Made by a program: the position numbers and the translations under genes. DNA of 64,000 nucleotides from Oikopleura dioica. Its lineage: Eukaryota > Animalia > Chordata. Of the stretch, positions 1 to 12,651 are shown piece by piece (the first letter of the stretch is position 1; each line of letters begins with the position of its first letter). Below the pieces are notes generated by a model. It made no database searches. It was not told the origin of the DNA and saw only the letters and a list, made by a program, of their open reading frames with translations. The stretch lies in contig OU015567.1 of assembly GCA_907165135.1 (NCBI GenBank), positions 1,488,001 through 1,552,000 of the forward strand, read 5' to 3'.

Positions 1-1678
1 CGATAAAGGAACGCGTTTGTTTTCTCGATTTCGGCCGCGGAAAGTCAAGTATTGCCTGAACTTTTGACCGAATCGGCGCGACACCCTTCGATGTGACTGT
101 AAAGCCCAGATAATCAAAGGAACTAGAACATATGAAGGTCTTTTCAACCTTTAAAGTCACACCACATTCCTTCAGCTTTTTGAGAACCCGCTCAAGTGCT
201 TTCAGATGATCTTCGAACGATTGCGAGAGAATAAGCAAATCGTCCATTAAGATCATGACTTCAGGGTCGTCCTGGAAAATGCGGGACACAGCCCTGGCAA
301 AGCAACTTGGACTGTTCCTTAGTCCAAATAGCATGCGCTGTGCTTGATATTGCTTGTCCCCGTAGCTGAATGCGCACTTGTGAGTATCCTCGGAGAACAA
401 CCTAATCTGGTTAAAGGCTGAGCAAATATCTGAAGAGGACACCCACAGATTTCCTTTTGCCTTCGCAAATGTCTCTGAGACTCGAGTCATCAGCGATTTT
501 AGGCACGGAATGGGCCAGCGGTCAGGGATAGTCTCCAAGTTAAGGGCCCTCGCATCCAAAATTGGACGCGCAGACCCATCACGCTTTGCGATAAAAAAAA
601 GCGGCAAATTATACCGGCTCGCGCATTCTTTAATGATCTTGTTGTCGAGCCATCTCTTGATAACTTGGTCTCCTTTTTCCCTGATCGCCTGTCTCGGAGC
701 TCGCGGCTTCTCGTAGATCTCGGCATTTTCGTCTTTCAAATGAATACGAAAAGCCGTGTTACGCAAAAGCCCTATGTCGTCGGGACAAGTACTGAAAGCG
801 GTCCTCTCTTTACTGAGTACTCCGAGTACTTGTGATTTCTGAGCAGCCGTTAGTTTTTCGCCAAGTTTGACGTTTTTATACGCATCGCTCTTGGATGGTG
901 TATAACGGAGCTCCCGAGAAAGCAGGTGCTCTTTAAACTCCGAGTCCTGGTCGTCACTACTGTACAAATGGATGAGCTCATTGCAGCGCAAGTTTCCGCC
1001 TGGATCCTTTTCCATGTGAAATCCCCTGGCGATTGGAATGCCCTTGGGAATCTCGATTTTCGATCCAGTGGTGTTCTGAACTAGCACCATGAGCGTTGGA
1101 TCTGGGTTGTACGTAGCTTCGACGACTGTCAGGTTATTTTCAAAAAGAAATCCCTTATCATCAGGACCGACAACAACACATCCCTCTTCCTCCCTGATTG
1201 GACACTCGACGGGCACGGGAGTGATTCCGAACGCCTCGATTGTTATATTGTTCACTGAATTAAGGCGTATGTCTGTGCCATAATGAACCAGCTCGGTAGT
1301 GTCTTGATCGAGAGTGATCAGGTTGTTCGCCTTATCGATAACGACTCGGTCATAATCGGATAAGCCGATGATCATGTCATACGACATTTGGGGGTAGATG
1401 TAGAATGTTATTTGCCTAACTCGACCTCCGATCGATACTGGGAGCGTTATTTGCGATTTGATTTGGCATTTGGAACTATTTGCGACCCGAATTTGAGCGT
1501 TGGTTTTGACCGGTGGATGAGTTGAAGTAAATTTATCTGCAACTCGGGGATGAATTAACTGACAGTTACAGCCACTATCGGCAAGTGCAGAAAATTCTTG
1601 GCCATTGATGGAAACGCGAAAATGGGGCAGAAAAGTTGGGGAGCTGACAGTGTGAACCTCGGGCACTTCCGGGCCTAG
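1..1678 (-). CDS. pol: Ty3/gypsy (Tor-like) pol: aspartic protease plus reverse transcriptase, running off the window edge
   Basis: Read by hand in frame with gag. Protease ALADSGC has DSG at 1571-1579. RT motifs are SSSDICSAFNQI (Asp at 428-430), RMLFGLRNSPSCF (299-337), LMDD (239-250) and DYLGF. Not every codon between 440 and 1560 was checked. Confidence 0.9.
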
Positions 1679-3085
1679 TCAATGGTTATTTCTGGCCGAG
1701 TACGGACAAGCAGCGGGGAAGTGTCTCGGAGGGTAACCCTCCGAGTTGAGTGGGCAGTGGTGGCATCGAGGCTTCTGACTACCCCGAGGCTTCTGGGGCT
1801 TGTCATCAGAGCGAGAACTGGGTGGTGCACTCGACTCCGCTGCATTGACCGATTTTGTATTGAGAGCCTTGAGCTGCGCTAGAATAGCAGTGAGAGCACT
1901 CGCGTTTTCTTCGTTGCTCTTGTCGAGTTTTTTCTCAAGGCGGTCCATTCTAAGCTCAGCCTCTCTAAATCGATCATTTCCGCCGCGCATCTGTTCCAGT
2001 GCTGGACACGCACTCATATAGTGCCCAGTTCGGCGACAGAAGTGGCACTTAAGGGGACCCCTGGCAGCGGCAGCATTTACATCATAACCTTCGAAGTCAT
2101 CGAAGTCGTCAACGACTTCGTCGATCGAGTTGACCGACGCACCCGGGGAGCCAAACGCGCTTGTGAGCGTTTCAAGCAGGTCCGTGATCTCGTACAAGTC
2201 ACAAGTCTGGTTCGTAGATGACCAAGCTGTTATAAACGACATGTACATTTGTCTGGGTAGGATCTTTTTCAGATTGTTCTTCAAGGTCGCTCGCTTGAAC
2301 TCAGGCGGCAGATAGGTAAAGCCACTCTGTGGATTTTCAAGGAGCACTTGAAGTCTGTAAAAGGCGGCCATGGTAGATTCATTGGGCCCGCGCTCAAGAT
2401 TTGCGAGCTGGGATGCCACTCGATCCTGGTTAAGCCCGAGACGCTTTCGCACACTTCGCTCTGCGTCAGTAAATGAGCAAAGATTCGAGATACCGGCCTG
2501 CTTGCCTAGTTCAGCGGAGAGTTTTAATCGCAGAACAAATAATTTGTCAGCGGAGCTCCAACCATAAACATCGGCTGCTTTCGCAATTTCCGCAAGCAGA
2601 GTTTCGACTTCAGTAACTGATCGCTTTGTCACTGCTCGAATGTCTCTTGATTCTTTAGCAAGTGTGTTAACTCGCGATTTTCCGTGGTCGGCTTGCGCAA
2701 AATTATTGAAAGAGTCCCTTCTAAGGTCGGCTCTGGTGGTGCTACGTGGTAGTTTCCGCGCCTGGTCTTGTGGAAAATCACTAGGATAGGAGTTCGGTGA
2801 CAATCGAGACTTTTTTTGTTTTAATTCGTCATCGATGTACTCGTCGGAAAGAGCGTCACGGTCATCCTGGTCCTCAACGTGATCTCCTGTTTCAGATGGG
2901 ATCGCCCCTTGCATGTTCACAAGATAGGTTGAGTCGTCTACTGTTCTACGACAACCGTTTTCTTGCGCAAAATCATGAAGCCGTTGGAAAATTTCATCAT
3001 CGGTTCCCTCGGGGTCAAGTCCCTTTTTACGTAAAACAGCGCGAATCTCGCTTCGGCTCAAGTTGGTAAGCTTCTTCAAAGTCAT
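1679..3085 (-). CDS. gag: LTR retrotransposon Gag with CCHC zinc knuckle
   Basis: 470-codon ORF with first ATG at 3085. It contains CHFCRRTGHYMSAC (CX2CX4HX4C) and a second degenerate Cys/His cluster, and lies directly upstream of protease-RT. Confidence 0.9.
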   Translation of the reverse strand: MTLKKLTNLSRSEIRAVLRKKGLDPEGTDDEIFQRLHDFAQENGCRRTVDDSTYLVNMQGAIPSETGDHVEDQDDRDALSDEYIDDELKQKKSRLSPNSYPSDFPQDQARKLPRSTTRADLRRDSFNNFAQADHGKSRVNTLAKESRDIRAVTKRSVTEVETLLAEIAKAADVYGWSSADKLFVLRLKLSAELGKQAGISNLCSFTDAERSVRKRLGLNQDRVASQLANLERGPNESTMAAFYRLQVLLENPQSGFTYLPPEFKRATLKNNLKKILPRQMYMSFITAWSSTNQTCDLYEITDLLETLTSAFGSPGASVNSIDEVVDDFDDFEGYDVNAAAARGPLKCHFCRRTGHYMSACPALEQMRGGNDRFREAELRMDRLEKKLDKSNEENASALTAILAQLKALNTKSVNAAESSAPPSSRSDDKPQKPRGSQKPRCHHCPLNSEGYPPRHFPAACPYSARNNH

Positions 3086-3656
3086 TTTCAAAATATGAAG
3101 AAGAAAAAATTACCCGTTACTTTACTAGCCGATTCGTGAAATTTGGCGTCGATGAAACTTTGGATTTCGATTTTTCAAAATTCAGAAAATATCAACTTTC
3201 TAAAATCTGATTGAAAAAAAAAACCGCCAAAAATTTTGACCTTCCTCAAAAATTTGACCAAAAATTAATTTTTCCGAGTGATAACTTTTGAAATTTTACT
3301 TTGGAAAAAGTTTGACTGTTTCTCCCAAAATTGAAATTTTTAATATTCAAAAATATCACTCAAAAAAAATAAGACCTTTCAAAAACCTCTCGTACCTTTT
3401 CGCCCGTTGTAGCGCGCAGTCAGCGTCGTCGGAGAAGTTGGCGTGGTTGATGGAGTTGTTGTGGGTGCTGCAGTTGGTGGCGCCGCGGAGAGCAGTTGGC
3501 CGGTTCTGGAGCTGGAGTGAAGTTTGGAAGTTCGCAGTTGGAGTCCAAAGATCGTAATCGGAATTCGTATCGTGACGTCTTCTTCTGTAAATCTCTAGGT
3601 TGACTGGAAACTCTTCGTTTGCGTATTCGAAAAAAAATATCCTTTTCAGTCACCAG

Positions 3657-4019
3657 TGTAATGTTCCACTGGTAACTTTCTGCTGAGTCAGGCAAGATGC
3701 AGCCGCTAGCTCTTGCAAATATAGACTGGTTTATTTGACGGCCTGTAATGCATAAGCGAATGTTTTGCTGGCAAGCTGATTCTACCAGAATTTGCTCATT
3801 TTGAAGCGGGCTTTCTAATGCGCCCAAAACCAGCTTCCTACGTAAGCTAAAAAAAAAAGTAGATAGAGGCCAAAGTTGGCGAAATCGGGGGATCCCACCA
3901 TCAGCTTTTTTTAAAGAACCAAATTACGGAATGTCATATTTTTGCTTCCAGAATCGGATTCTACAGGTCAAAAGACAATCTTGAGGCCTCATTTTTAGGG
4001 GTCTCTCTCGACTCTTACA
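3657..4019 (-). mobile_element. Candidate 5' LTR (TGTAA...TTACA) followed by a candidate primer-binding site TGGTGAC
   Basis: On the minus strand it starts TGTAA (4019) and ends ATTACA (3657), with AATAAA at 3730-3735. One base later comes TGGTGAC (3649-3655), which matches the 3' 7 nt of tRNA-Trp. No second LTR is in the window to confirm it. Confidence 0.45.
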
Positions 4020-6236
4020 CCCTTGAAATATTATTATTTTAATTAATAAAAGAATTAAACTGTTTTTCTAATTCCTCTTGGAGCGATTACTCTGTCAGAT
4101 AGCGGCAGTTATCTGCTTCTTTGTGACGTTTATTTTTTATCTCTGTTAATTATAATTTTCCCAGGTGCTTCAATTACTTACATTGTAAAAGAAAAAAGTG
4201 TTGTCAAAATCGTTATTTTCATCTCTTTCTCGTTTTCTTCTCTTCTCTGCAGAAAACAATTCCCCCTTTCTCGTCTTTTTTGTTCAGCAGAATCGGATTT
4301 CGGACGATTATTTGGCAGATGATAGGCAGTCAGAATCTCTTAATTGATGTGAAAAGACCGCACACTTACTACGGTATAAAAATGCAAGCTCGAAACGACC
4401 GGCTGAGGGCGCAATTGGAACAACTTCAACTTGCATCAATAACTGATCAGGACGCGTTTAGATGAAAAAAAATCCGTTTTGGGAAACTTTGAAAATCATG
4501 GGAAGATGATTTTCGTCACTTGGCATTTTGTACATTTTGTAAATAAAACTTTGAACTCGAAAAAATTTTGATGAAAAATTTAAATCTGAAATTTGTCGAT
4601 GAAATTACGAGTGAAATTTGCCTCTAAAGAGCAATCACCTTTTTATCATATTTCAACAGAAAAGACTTTTTGAATGAATTCACGAAATGAACATGAGAAA
4701 TATAAATACAGTCCGTCAGAGACCGGAGCGAATCCAAGTGTGGAGACAGATTTACCGAAAAAGAATGAAGATTGTTGGTTTCAACGCATTTTTCATCTTT
4801 TCATTCGGAACATCTGTCGAAAATCAACTTGCTGTGAGCGTTAATTATTTATCTCCGGGATAATTTATCCTGGATAAAAATACCCTCCAAGTGTTCTATA
4901 CACTCATTTTTCTTGCAACAAATAAACCTTTAAGGTTTATTATAATATAATAGTGAGTAGCAATTTGCTATCTGAACCCGAATAGCTGTTCCTCAAAAGT
5001 GGGTCTCTTGAAAACACTAGAATTTAGAGTAAATTTGGCAAGAGTCAATTTGGCTCGACATTTACTCACCCAAAGATTGAAGAGTCTCTTGTTTCGAGCA
5101 AAAATGGATTCCAAAGTCAGAATTTATACTCGACAGAAGAAGACTTGTTTATACAATTAATTCCTTGAAAATGATATTTATTCAGATCGTCAAATAAGTG
5201 TGGCAAAGACGTAGATTGATCATCCTTTCGTCATAAATCAGGCATCACAAGTCAAGATCAGCGTTTGGAAGGCTGCGAGGGTCAGATTCTTCTCTCCATG
5301 ATCAGCTGAGATCAGCCAAGTGAGCCGGGAGAGAGAAAAGTAATTGCAAGGGGGCCATCATCGTTTCTTAGAAAGGCTGAGTAATCATAAATATCGAAGA
5401 AATGAGAAAGACATGTGTTCAAAAATGCCCACAATCGCCTGAACCTAACTTTGAGAAACAACTGAATTTTGTACCGTCACTGCTATTAAAATTTATTCTG
5501 GCCACTCTAGAACGAAACATAATTAACCAAAGCCTACTGAGATGTGGAAGTTCGAACGAGAAATAATTGATTACCCGTTGAGTCGGATTAAATACAGTAT
5601 ATTCTGAGTACTGAATATTAAGTTGAGTGAGATTGGAGTGAGTTATGTAAGTTCAAACAGAGTTAATCCTGTTGTAAATCAACCTTTTTCCTGTCAGTGG
5701 AAAAGCGATTCAATCAGCGCGGCGATAGACTTGGAAACGCTTGAAATTTGACGTAGAAACGTGGCTGGAACGTTCAGGGGAAGATTCGACGTACGAATGA
5801 TTTATTTTCTCACGTTCTTGAATCTTACACTTTTGTTCAGTAGTAGATATTCAAATCAGGAGCGAATGAATAGTTGAAAAAGCTGCAAAAAATACGTTTT
5901 ACAAGTTGTTCTTTTGTAAGACTCATTAACAGCATGTTTTGGAATCGTATGACTGCACATGTGTTAATATTCTAAACTTGTACGATGAACCATGTAACCA
6001 GCTCGTCTGCGAAACTAGTGCAGCATTACTTATGCTCTAAAGATCGTCTGGCAGAAATTATCTTTGTTCAACATCAATAAAATCGTGGATCTTTGATTTA
6101 ACCCCACATTGGATCAAACTCCATGTTTAATTCCGATAATGGAACCTCTATTCTCTCTGTACGAGTCCATTCCAAAAATACCACTTGATTCAGAGTAAAA
6201 GATCGAGAGAACACAAAGTTTCGTGTGTTCCTTGTT

Positions 6237-6658
6237 TCAAGCGCTTTCCTGGGCAATGAAAACACTCACATCAGCCCAGAGGAATGTCACGGCACAGGCG
6301 ATCGCGGCGTTTGAGACGAGATTGATTGAAATCAACGAGGATCCAAAAATGATGTGCGATAGGAAAATGCTCATGTATTCTTCTATGTAGTCGGCTATCT
6401 CGATTGATGACATTTTTAACGCGACAATTACTCTAAAAATCATTTTCTTCGTCCTTTTCTTAATTTTTATTACTTACATATGATAAAACAAAGCAGAAAA
6501 AACCGCCATGAGTCATGGCCCATGACCAAAAACACACTCCATTTTCTCCATTTCCCATTTCTGACCGACCCAAGAACAAACATAATCAAGGCAAAAAGCT
6601 CAAGAAACAAATGCGCCCACGAAAAAGCCAACGATTTACTTTCTATCCACGGTGCCAT
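6237..6658 (-). CDS. Possible small membrane-protein gene or gene fragment
   Basis: Two hydrophobic ORFs separated by a short GTAAGT...TTTTAG intron-like segment near 6435-6477. No family recognised and the 3' end is unclear. Confidence 0.25.
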
Positions 6659-6789
6659 TTTTATTCTCTCTATTTTAGATGAGAAAATCTCCGTGGAATT
6701 TTCATTTTGAAATTTTGAGACTGATATTTACTGAGTCGAGTAAATAATTGGAAGTTCAAATGGTTACGTAACGCATAATTCAAATTTGT

Positions 6790-6805
6790 GGCCCTAAAAA
6801 GGGCC
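6790..6805 (-). promoter_or_regulatory. Histone mRNA 3' stem-loop (H4)
   Basis: GGCCCT-TTTT-AGGGCC followed by ACAAAT on the minus strand. Confidence 0.95.
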
Positions 6806-6828
6806 AGTTTTGGGTTGTTTTTTTCTTC

Positions 6829-7254
<426 letters not shown>

Positions 7255-7880
7255 TCAACGCGCGCAGCAACGGATTATCGATTTGACGCCCTGGAAAAGC
7301 CACGCCCGGGAAATTTCGCTTTACTTCTTCAAATAATCAAGGATCGATTTACCTTTCTTACGAAAAACATATCTTTACTTCATTGAAATTTTTAAATAGA
7401 ACTTAAATTTGAAAAAAAATGAATCATATTATTGTTATATCATATAACTTATATATGATATAAGTTATATGATATAACTTAGATGGACATTTATCGGCTT
7501 AAAAAACACTGTTTTTAAAAAAAGAATCGACTTCTCACTTATTTTTTGCATTGTTTCTTTGGTGAAATAAGTAAACACTTAAAAATTTTGCAATCATTAT
7601 ATTCTGTCCGCAATAAAGTAGATATAAAACGTTTTTTTGTTCATATTTTATTCAATAATTCATAGCATAAATATTTGATTGTAAATACGATTTTAAAACT
7701 TTACATCATTGAAATCCATCATAAACAGTCACTCACGGCTTCATTTTAAAAATACGATTTTCGAAGGTATAAATTTCTTTTGATCAAAGATCTTTTCGCC
7801 CTGATAAGATAGTTTCGCCCCTAGGTCAATCCATCCCGCCTAAAATCGACGAACATCCCATTTTCCAGCTGAGAAACAAG

Positions 7881-7910
7881 GCCAGCGCGCGGCGGGGTTG
7901 TCTCCCGCAC
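7881..7910 (+). promoter_or_regulatory. Shared H4/H3 promoter element (H3 copy)
   Basis: GCCAGCGCGCGGC-g-GGGTTGTCTCCCGCAC, upstream of TATAAAA near 7946. Confidence 0.7.
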
Positions 7911-8002
7911 TGTCGGCAACTGATTTTCGCGCCAAGCGCGGCGGGTATAAAACGCGGCGCCGAGCGCTACTCCTTATTCATTTTCAAAAAGCAAAAACTT
8001 GA

Positions 8003-8428
<426 letters not shown>

Positions 8429-8455
8429 ACGCGACTTCAAACTCGATCAAAAAAT

Positions 8456-8471
8456 GGCCCTTTTCAGGGCC
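8456..8471 (+). promoter_or_regulatory. Histone mRNA 3' stem-loop (H3)
   Basis: GGCCCT-TTTC-AGGGCC followed by ACAAAT. Confidence 0.95.
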
Positions 8472-8596
8472 ACAAATCCTTAAAACTAGCTCTGACTTCC
8501 TTTTAGCAGTTTTTGATGTATTCGACTTTCTCTAGAATTTTGTTTTTGGTGGAATTGATTTTCAAAGCGAAAATTAGTTTTAACCCTTCAAGAAAA

Positions 8597-9891
8597 ATGC
8601 TAACCGAAATTATCTTTTCCGACGGCTCGTCTGGTACTTATGAAAATTCCTTCTTAGAGGAGAATTATCCCTTTTTCAAAACTTTATTCGAATTTGACGA
8701 GGCAGAGTCAAGGTTTGATTCGTAAAAAAACAAAAACAAACGTGAGTTTTCAGTGAAACTGAAAGTTTTTTCGACGATTTGGAGCCCTGCACAAAAGTTG
8801 CTTTGCCGATGAAAATGGTCACATTTGAAATTCTGGACTTTTCGGAATGGGAAGTTGAGCCTTTTCTTGATTTTGTCGGCATGGTAAGACAGTCAAACTC
8901 GCTGGAGCTGCTGAGGAATGAGATTTTCTACCTTCAGGCGAGGATTCAAAGGGATTGGAAATCAGCTTTTCTTTGATTTCTTGTTCATTTTTAATCAATA
9001 AGAATCCAAACTTATGGTTGAAGATGTGATCAAAGACGTTTTCAGCGACTCAGACTTGATAAAAGAATGGTTGTTCGAGGAAACAGTCAAAGTAGCCAAC
9101 ACGATCGAAGATGTGCTCCGTCAAATGACCCTTTTACACATGAACAAACATCTGGTCAAAATCGGATATGGATCTGTTCCGGATGATTTGAGGCGCTTCG
9201 TTCCAACCAAACTGCCAGTTGTTGACCCGAAATTTCGATATGTTAAGTTTACTCCAAGAAAGGCTTCCCTAATTTTTCGCAGGAGTAGGTTAGGGTTAGG
9301 AATCCTAACTTAGGATTGGTAGGGGTGAGCCCAACAAAAGTGATGAGTGTCAAGTGTATACTTTCTTCAAGAATAAGAAAATGGTGAACTGCGGTATCGA
9401 AATTCTAATGTAAGAAATCCTCCCTAAAAATGAAATAACTTGAAAAATTCAGGATTTTTGAACGAGAAATTTTCGATTTGCCAATGAACTGCTACAGGTC
9501 GCGATCAAAGGAATTCTCATTCAAATTAATGGATCTTCTACCCGATTATTACAAAAACTACGATATTCTCTTCAATCAACGGCGAACGCTGCGCGAACTT
9601 TACTCTCGCTACCCTGCGAAAATCGAGGAAGTAGATACCAGCAGTTACAGTGGGAACTCTCTTGCTTTTCTTGAAAACACGGAGGCGAAACAGCTTTGGA
9701 AAGTGAAGATCAGGTTTTGGAAGAAACGAGCTTTTGTGAGAAATGGAATCAAGGCAAGTCAAAAAGTTTGGGAAGAAGATAAGCTGGTTTTTCTGCTGTA
9801 CGAAGACGACGAATCGATTAAATACATTCCCTCCGGCGAATTTTTAAAGAAAGATAAATTCGTTCCTGCACCTTTCTATGGAGGTTATTAA
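8597..9891 (+). CDS. Putative multi-exon orphan gene (or two small genes) inside the histone cluster
   Basis: ATG at 8597. Phase-compatible GT-AG introns at about 8713-8753 and 9247-9452 join the ORF-track segments. The junction near 8950-9002 could not be resolved with GT-AG. Confidence 0.5.
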
Positions 9892-9940
9892 TAAATTTTT
9901 GCATTTTCTGAAAATGGGGTTTTTGTTGATATCGATTTGT

Positions 9941-9956
9941 GGCCCTAAAAAGGGCC
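9941..9956 (-). promoter_or_regulatory. Histone mRNA 3' stem-loop (H2A)
   Basis: GGCCCT-TTTT-AGGGCC followed by ACAAAT on the minus strand. Confidence 0.95.
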
Positions 9957-9987
9957 GTTTTTTGAAATTCCACATGGTGAAATTTTT

Positions 9988-10362
<375 letters not shown>

Positions 10363-10617
10363 TCACTTTTTTTTTTGTTTCAACGAAAAATTGAATGTCG
10401 ACTTGGGCTTCGGGGCGGTATTTAAAACCCTCGCTGCGAAACGAGCTGAGAAAGAGGGCGGTAATGAGTAGGAAACACCTAGGCGGGCGCGAAAAATCGT
10501 TGGTGCTCCTTACCGCCATCTTTCTCAGCTTGTTTCTCGGCGCGCCAAATATAAACGGGCACGCGGCGCAGATTTTCACTCAAACTCGTTTTGACTCAAA
10601 AACTCACTTTTTGAAAA

Positions 10618-10980
10618 ATGGCAGCTACCAAAGGTTCCAAGAAGGCGATCGTCAAGAAAGCTCCCCCAGCCGGAGACAAGAAGAAGCGAAAGGCCAAGCG
10701 AAAGGAGTCTTACTCCATCTACATCTACAAGGTCCTCAAGCAGGTCCACCCCGACACCGGTATCTCCTCCAAGGCCATGTCCATCATGAACTCCTTCGTC
10801 TCCGACATCTTCGAGCGAATCGCCAACGAAGCCTCCCGACTTGCCAAATACAACAAAAAATCCACCATCTCCTCCCGAGAAGTCCAGACCGCCGTCCGAC
10901 TCCTCCTCCCCGGTGAATTGGCCAAGCACGCCGTCTCTGAAGGCACCAAGGCCGTCACCAAATACACCAGCTCCAAGTAA
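10618..10980 (+). CDS. H2B: Histone H2B
   Basis: [26 protein letters not shown]...[10 protein letters not shown]. Confidence 0.99.
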   Translation: MAATKGSKKAIVKKAPPAGDKKKRKAKRKESYSIYIYKVLKQVHPDTGISSKAMSIMNSFVSDIFERIANEASRLAKYNKKSTISSREVQTAVRLLLPGELAKHAVSEGTKAVTKYTSSK

Positions 10981-11007
10981 ACTTTTTTACTTGGCTGGCT
11001 ACAAAAC

Positions 11008-11023
11008 GGCCCTTTTTAGGGCC
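11008..11023 (+). promoter_or_regulatory. Histone mRNA 3' stem-loop (H2B)
   Basis: GGCCCT-TTTT-AGGGCC followed by ACAAAT. Confidence 0.95.
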
Positions 11024-11239
11024 ACAAATCTTGCTTTCTGGTCTCGCCTTCTGGGTAAAATAGAACGGAAAAGATCATTCAAAAAAGTTTATCTTAGTTT
11101 TTCATTTCCCCGGATTTAAATGGCTAATTAGCGCCCTTATGATCTTTCCATCAATTATTCAAGGTTTACCCACTCAAGGACGCTATAAAAAGAAGTGAAA
11201 TGAGTGAATATACCAAGAAAATAAAAAAGTGAAGTCAAA

Positions 11240-11482
11240 ATGCAGCTTTTTCTCACAACATTTTCTCTTTTCACCCTTATTTCTTGCCAGTTATTTCCGG
11301 CACACTTCCGACCAAAAAGACTTGAAGAACGAAATCATCTGAAAGGCAACTTTCATAGGACTGCGAGAGGAGAAGCCCCTGCTGGTAATTGAACTGATCG
11401 TTTGTTATGGTTATTTTTCACAAATTATTTTTCAGCAAATGATGCGATTTTGGATCATCTTTTTGACGAATACTTCGGCTAA
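11240..11482 (+). CDS. Small secreted peptide-precursor-like protein (63 aa, two exons; absent from the ORF track)
   Basis: Exons 11240-11384 and 11436-11482, with a GT-AG intron of 51 bp, give MQLFLTTFSLFTLISC-QLFPAHFRP-KR-LEERNHLKGNFHRTARGEAPAANDAILDHLFDEYFG*. Confidence 0.65.
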
Positions 11483-12161
11483 AGAAAACAAAGTTCAGGA
11501 ACAAAATGATGCTGAAAAAATTTCAGAAACAATAATAACTTGCTTTTGCTGATTAAAAAAAATTATAAATAAAAATTAATTGAAAATGCCTTTCGGTAAA
11601 TTCGGAAATTCAAAATTTCTCATTCTGAAATCAACGAGGAGTCATTCTTATACATTGAGTCCATTGGCTTGTGTGGAAAATTTCCACCAATAAGAAGTTT
11701 GGATTCGGCTAGCCGGCAAATGAGCAGCCGAGAAGCCACCCACGTAAAATTTGTCAATTTTTTTTTAATTCATGACATCAACTTTTCAGTTGAACTCATT
11801 TTTTAACGATTATTGCCAAGTTTCAGCGCATCTGTAAATGAACTGATAATCAAAATAAACCTTGAACTTAATCCGCGCGCTTTTTTGGCTGCATTTTCAA
11901 CTATATTTCGTTTCTTCAAATGACGTTTTGCTAAACCAACATAGTGATAGCGTTTCAACTTTGAGGCAGAAAAGTGGAGCAAGCAAACGACCGGAGAGGG
12001 GGAGATGAAAGTTGAGAAAATTCAAAAAAACTCTTGAGATTCGCCGTGGCAGGGCGAGTTGGACATCAAGTAGGCCACGTTCATGGATACTCTCTTTTCT
12101 TTGCAGGGAAAAAGGAACAGTTCTTATTTTTGATATTTTTGATATTTTTGAATAGTTTGAA

Positions 12162-12445
12162 TCAAGCTTGATTAACAGGATATCCTCCTGGACCTTGCAT
12201 ATACTTTGCTCGTTGTTGAAGATCTAAAATATTTGATAAATATTTTATCAATAAAACAAAATATAAAACACACTCGTTTGGGCAACATCAGGAGTAACTG
12301 CGGACTTATTTCCCAGTTTACGGGCTTGTCGAATCGCAAAACAAGACCCAAAGCAACCACAAAAGCAAAATCCAAGAATGCATAATAGTACTAAACCACC
12401 AAAGACACTTCCGATGATGAGGGGTACATTTACTTCTTCCTCCAT
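12162..12445 (-). CDS. Small single-pass membrane protein with Cys-rich juxtamembrane segment (paralogue 1)
   Basis: MEEEVNVPLIIGSVFGGLVLLCILGFCFCGCFGSCF..., joined by a short GT-AG intron to LQQRAKYMQGPGGYPVNQA*. Confidence 0.55.
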
Positions 12446-12651
12446 CTCTCTTCTTTTATTCTCAAAATATTCGAAGGAAAGAGTCATTTTTCTCGATTAT
12501 TTTATGATTTTGCCAGGAAGAGCATTGAGCTGAAAACTTAAAACAACATGTTTTCTTTAGAAAGATTTCCATTGAATGTTTTCGGTCAGAAATACGTCAG
12601 TAGTACAGAGGAACAAATTCTAGATTCTTTTCAGTGATTTTATTTCTTTCT

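Noticed and set aside
3420-3827. 135-codon ORF upstream of gag
   Set aside because: It starts at TTG, all three frames are open over a low-complexity stretch, and it crosses the candidate LTR boundary. No protein motif.
3881-3900. Alternative PBS TGGTGGGATCCC
   Set aside because: Not preceded by a CA LTR end and no tRNA 3' match that I can recall. The site at 3649-3655 fits better.
5700-6250. Fragments faintly like a Cys-loop receptor (FLEWT..RI, FAPDLNIY)
   Set aside because: Stops in all frames, no Cys loop, and the similarity is too short to support.
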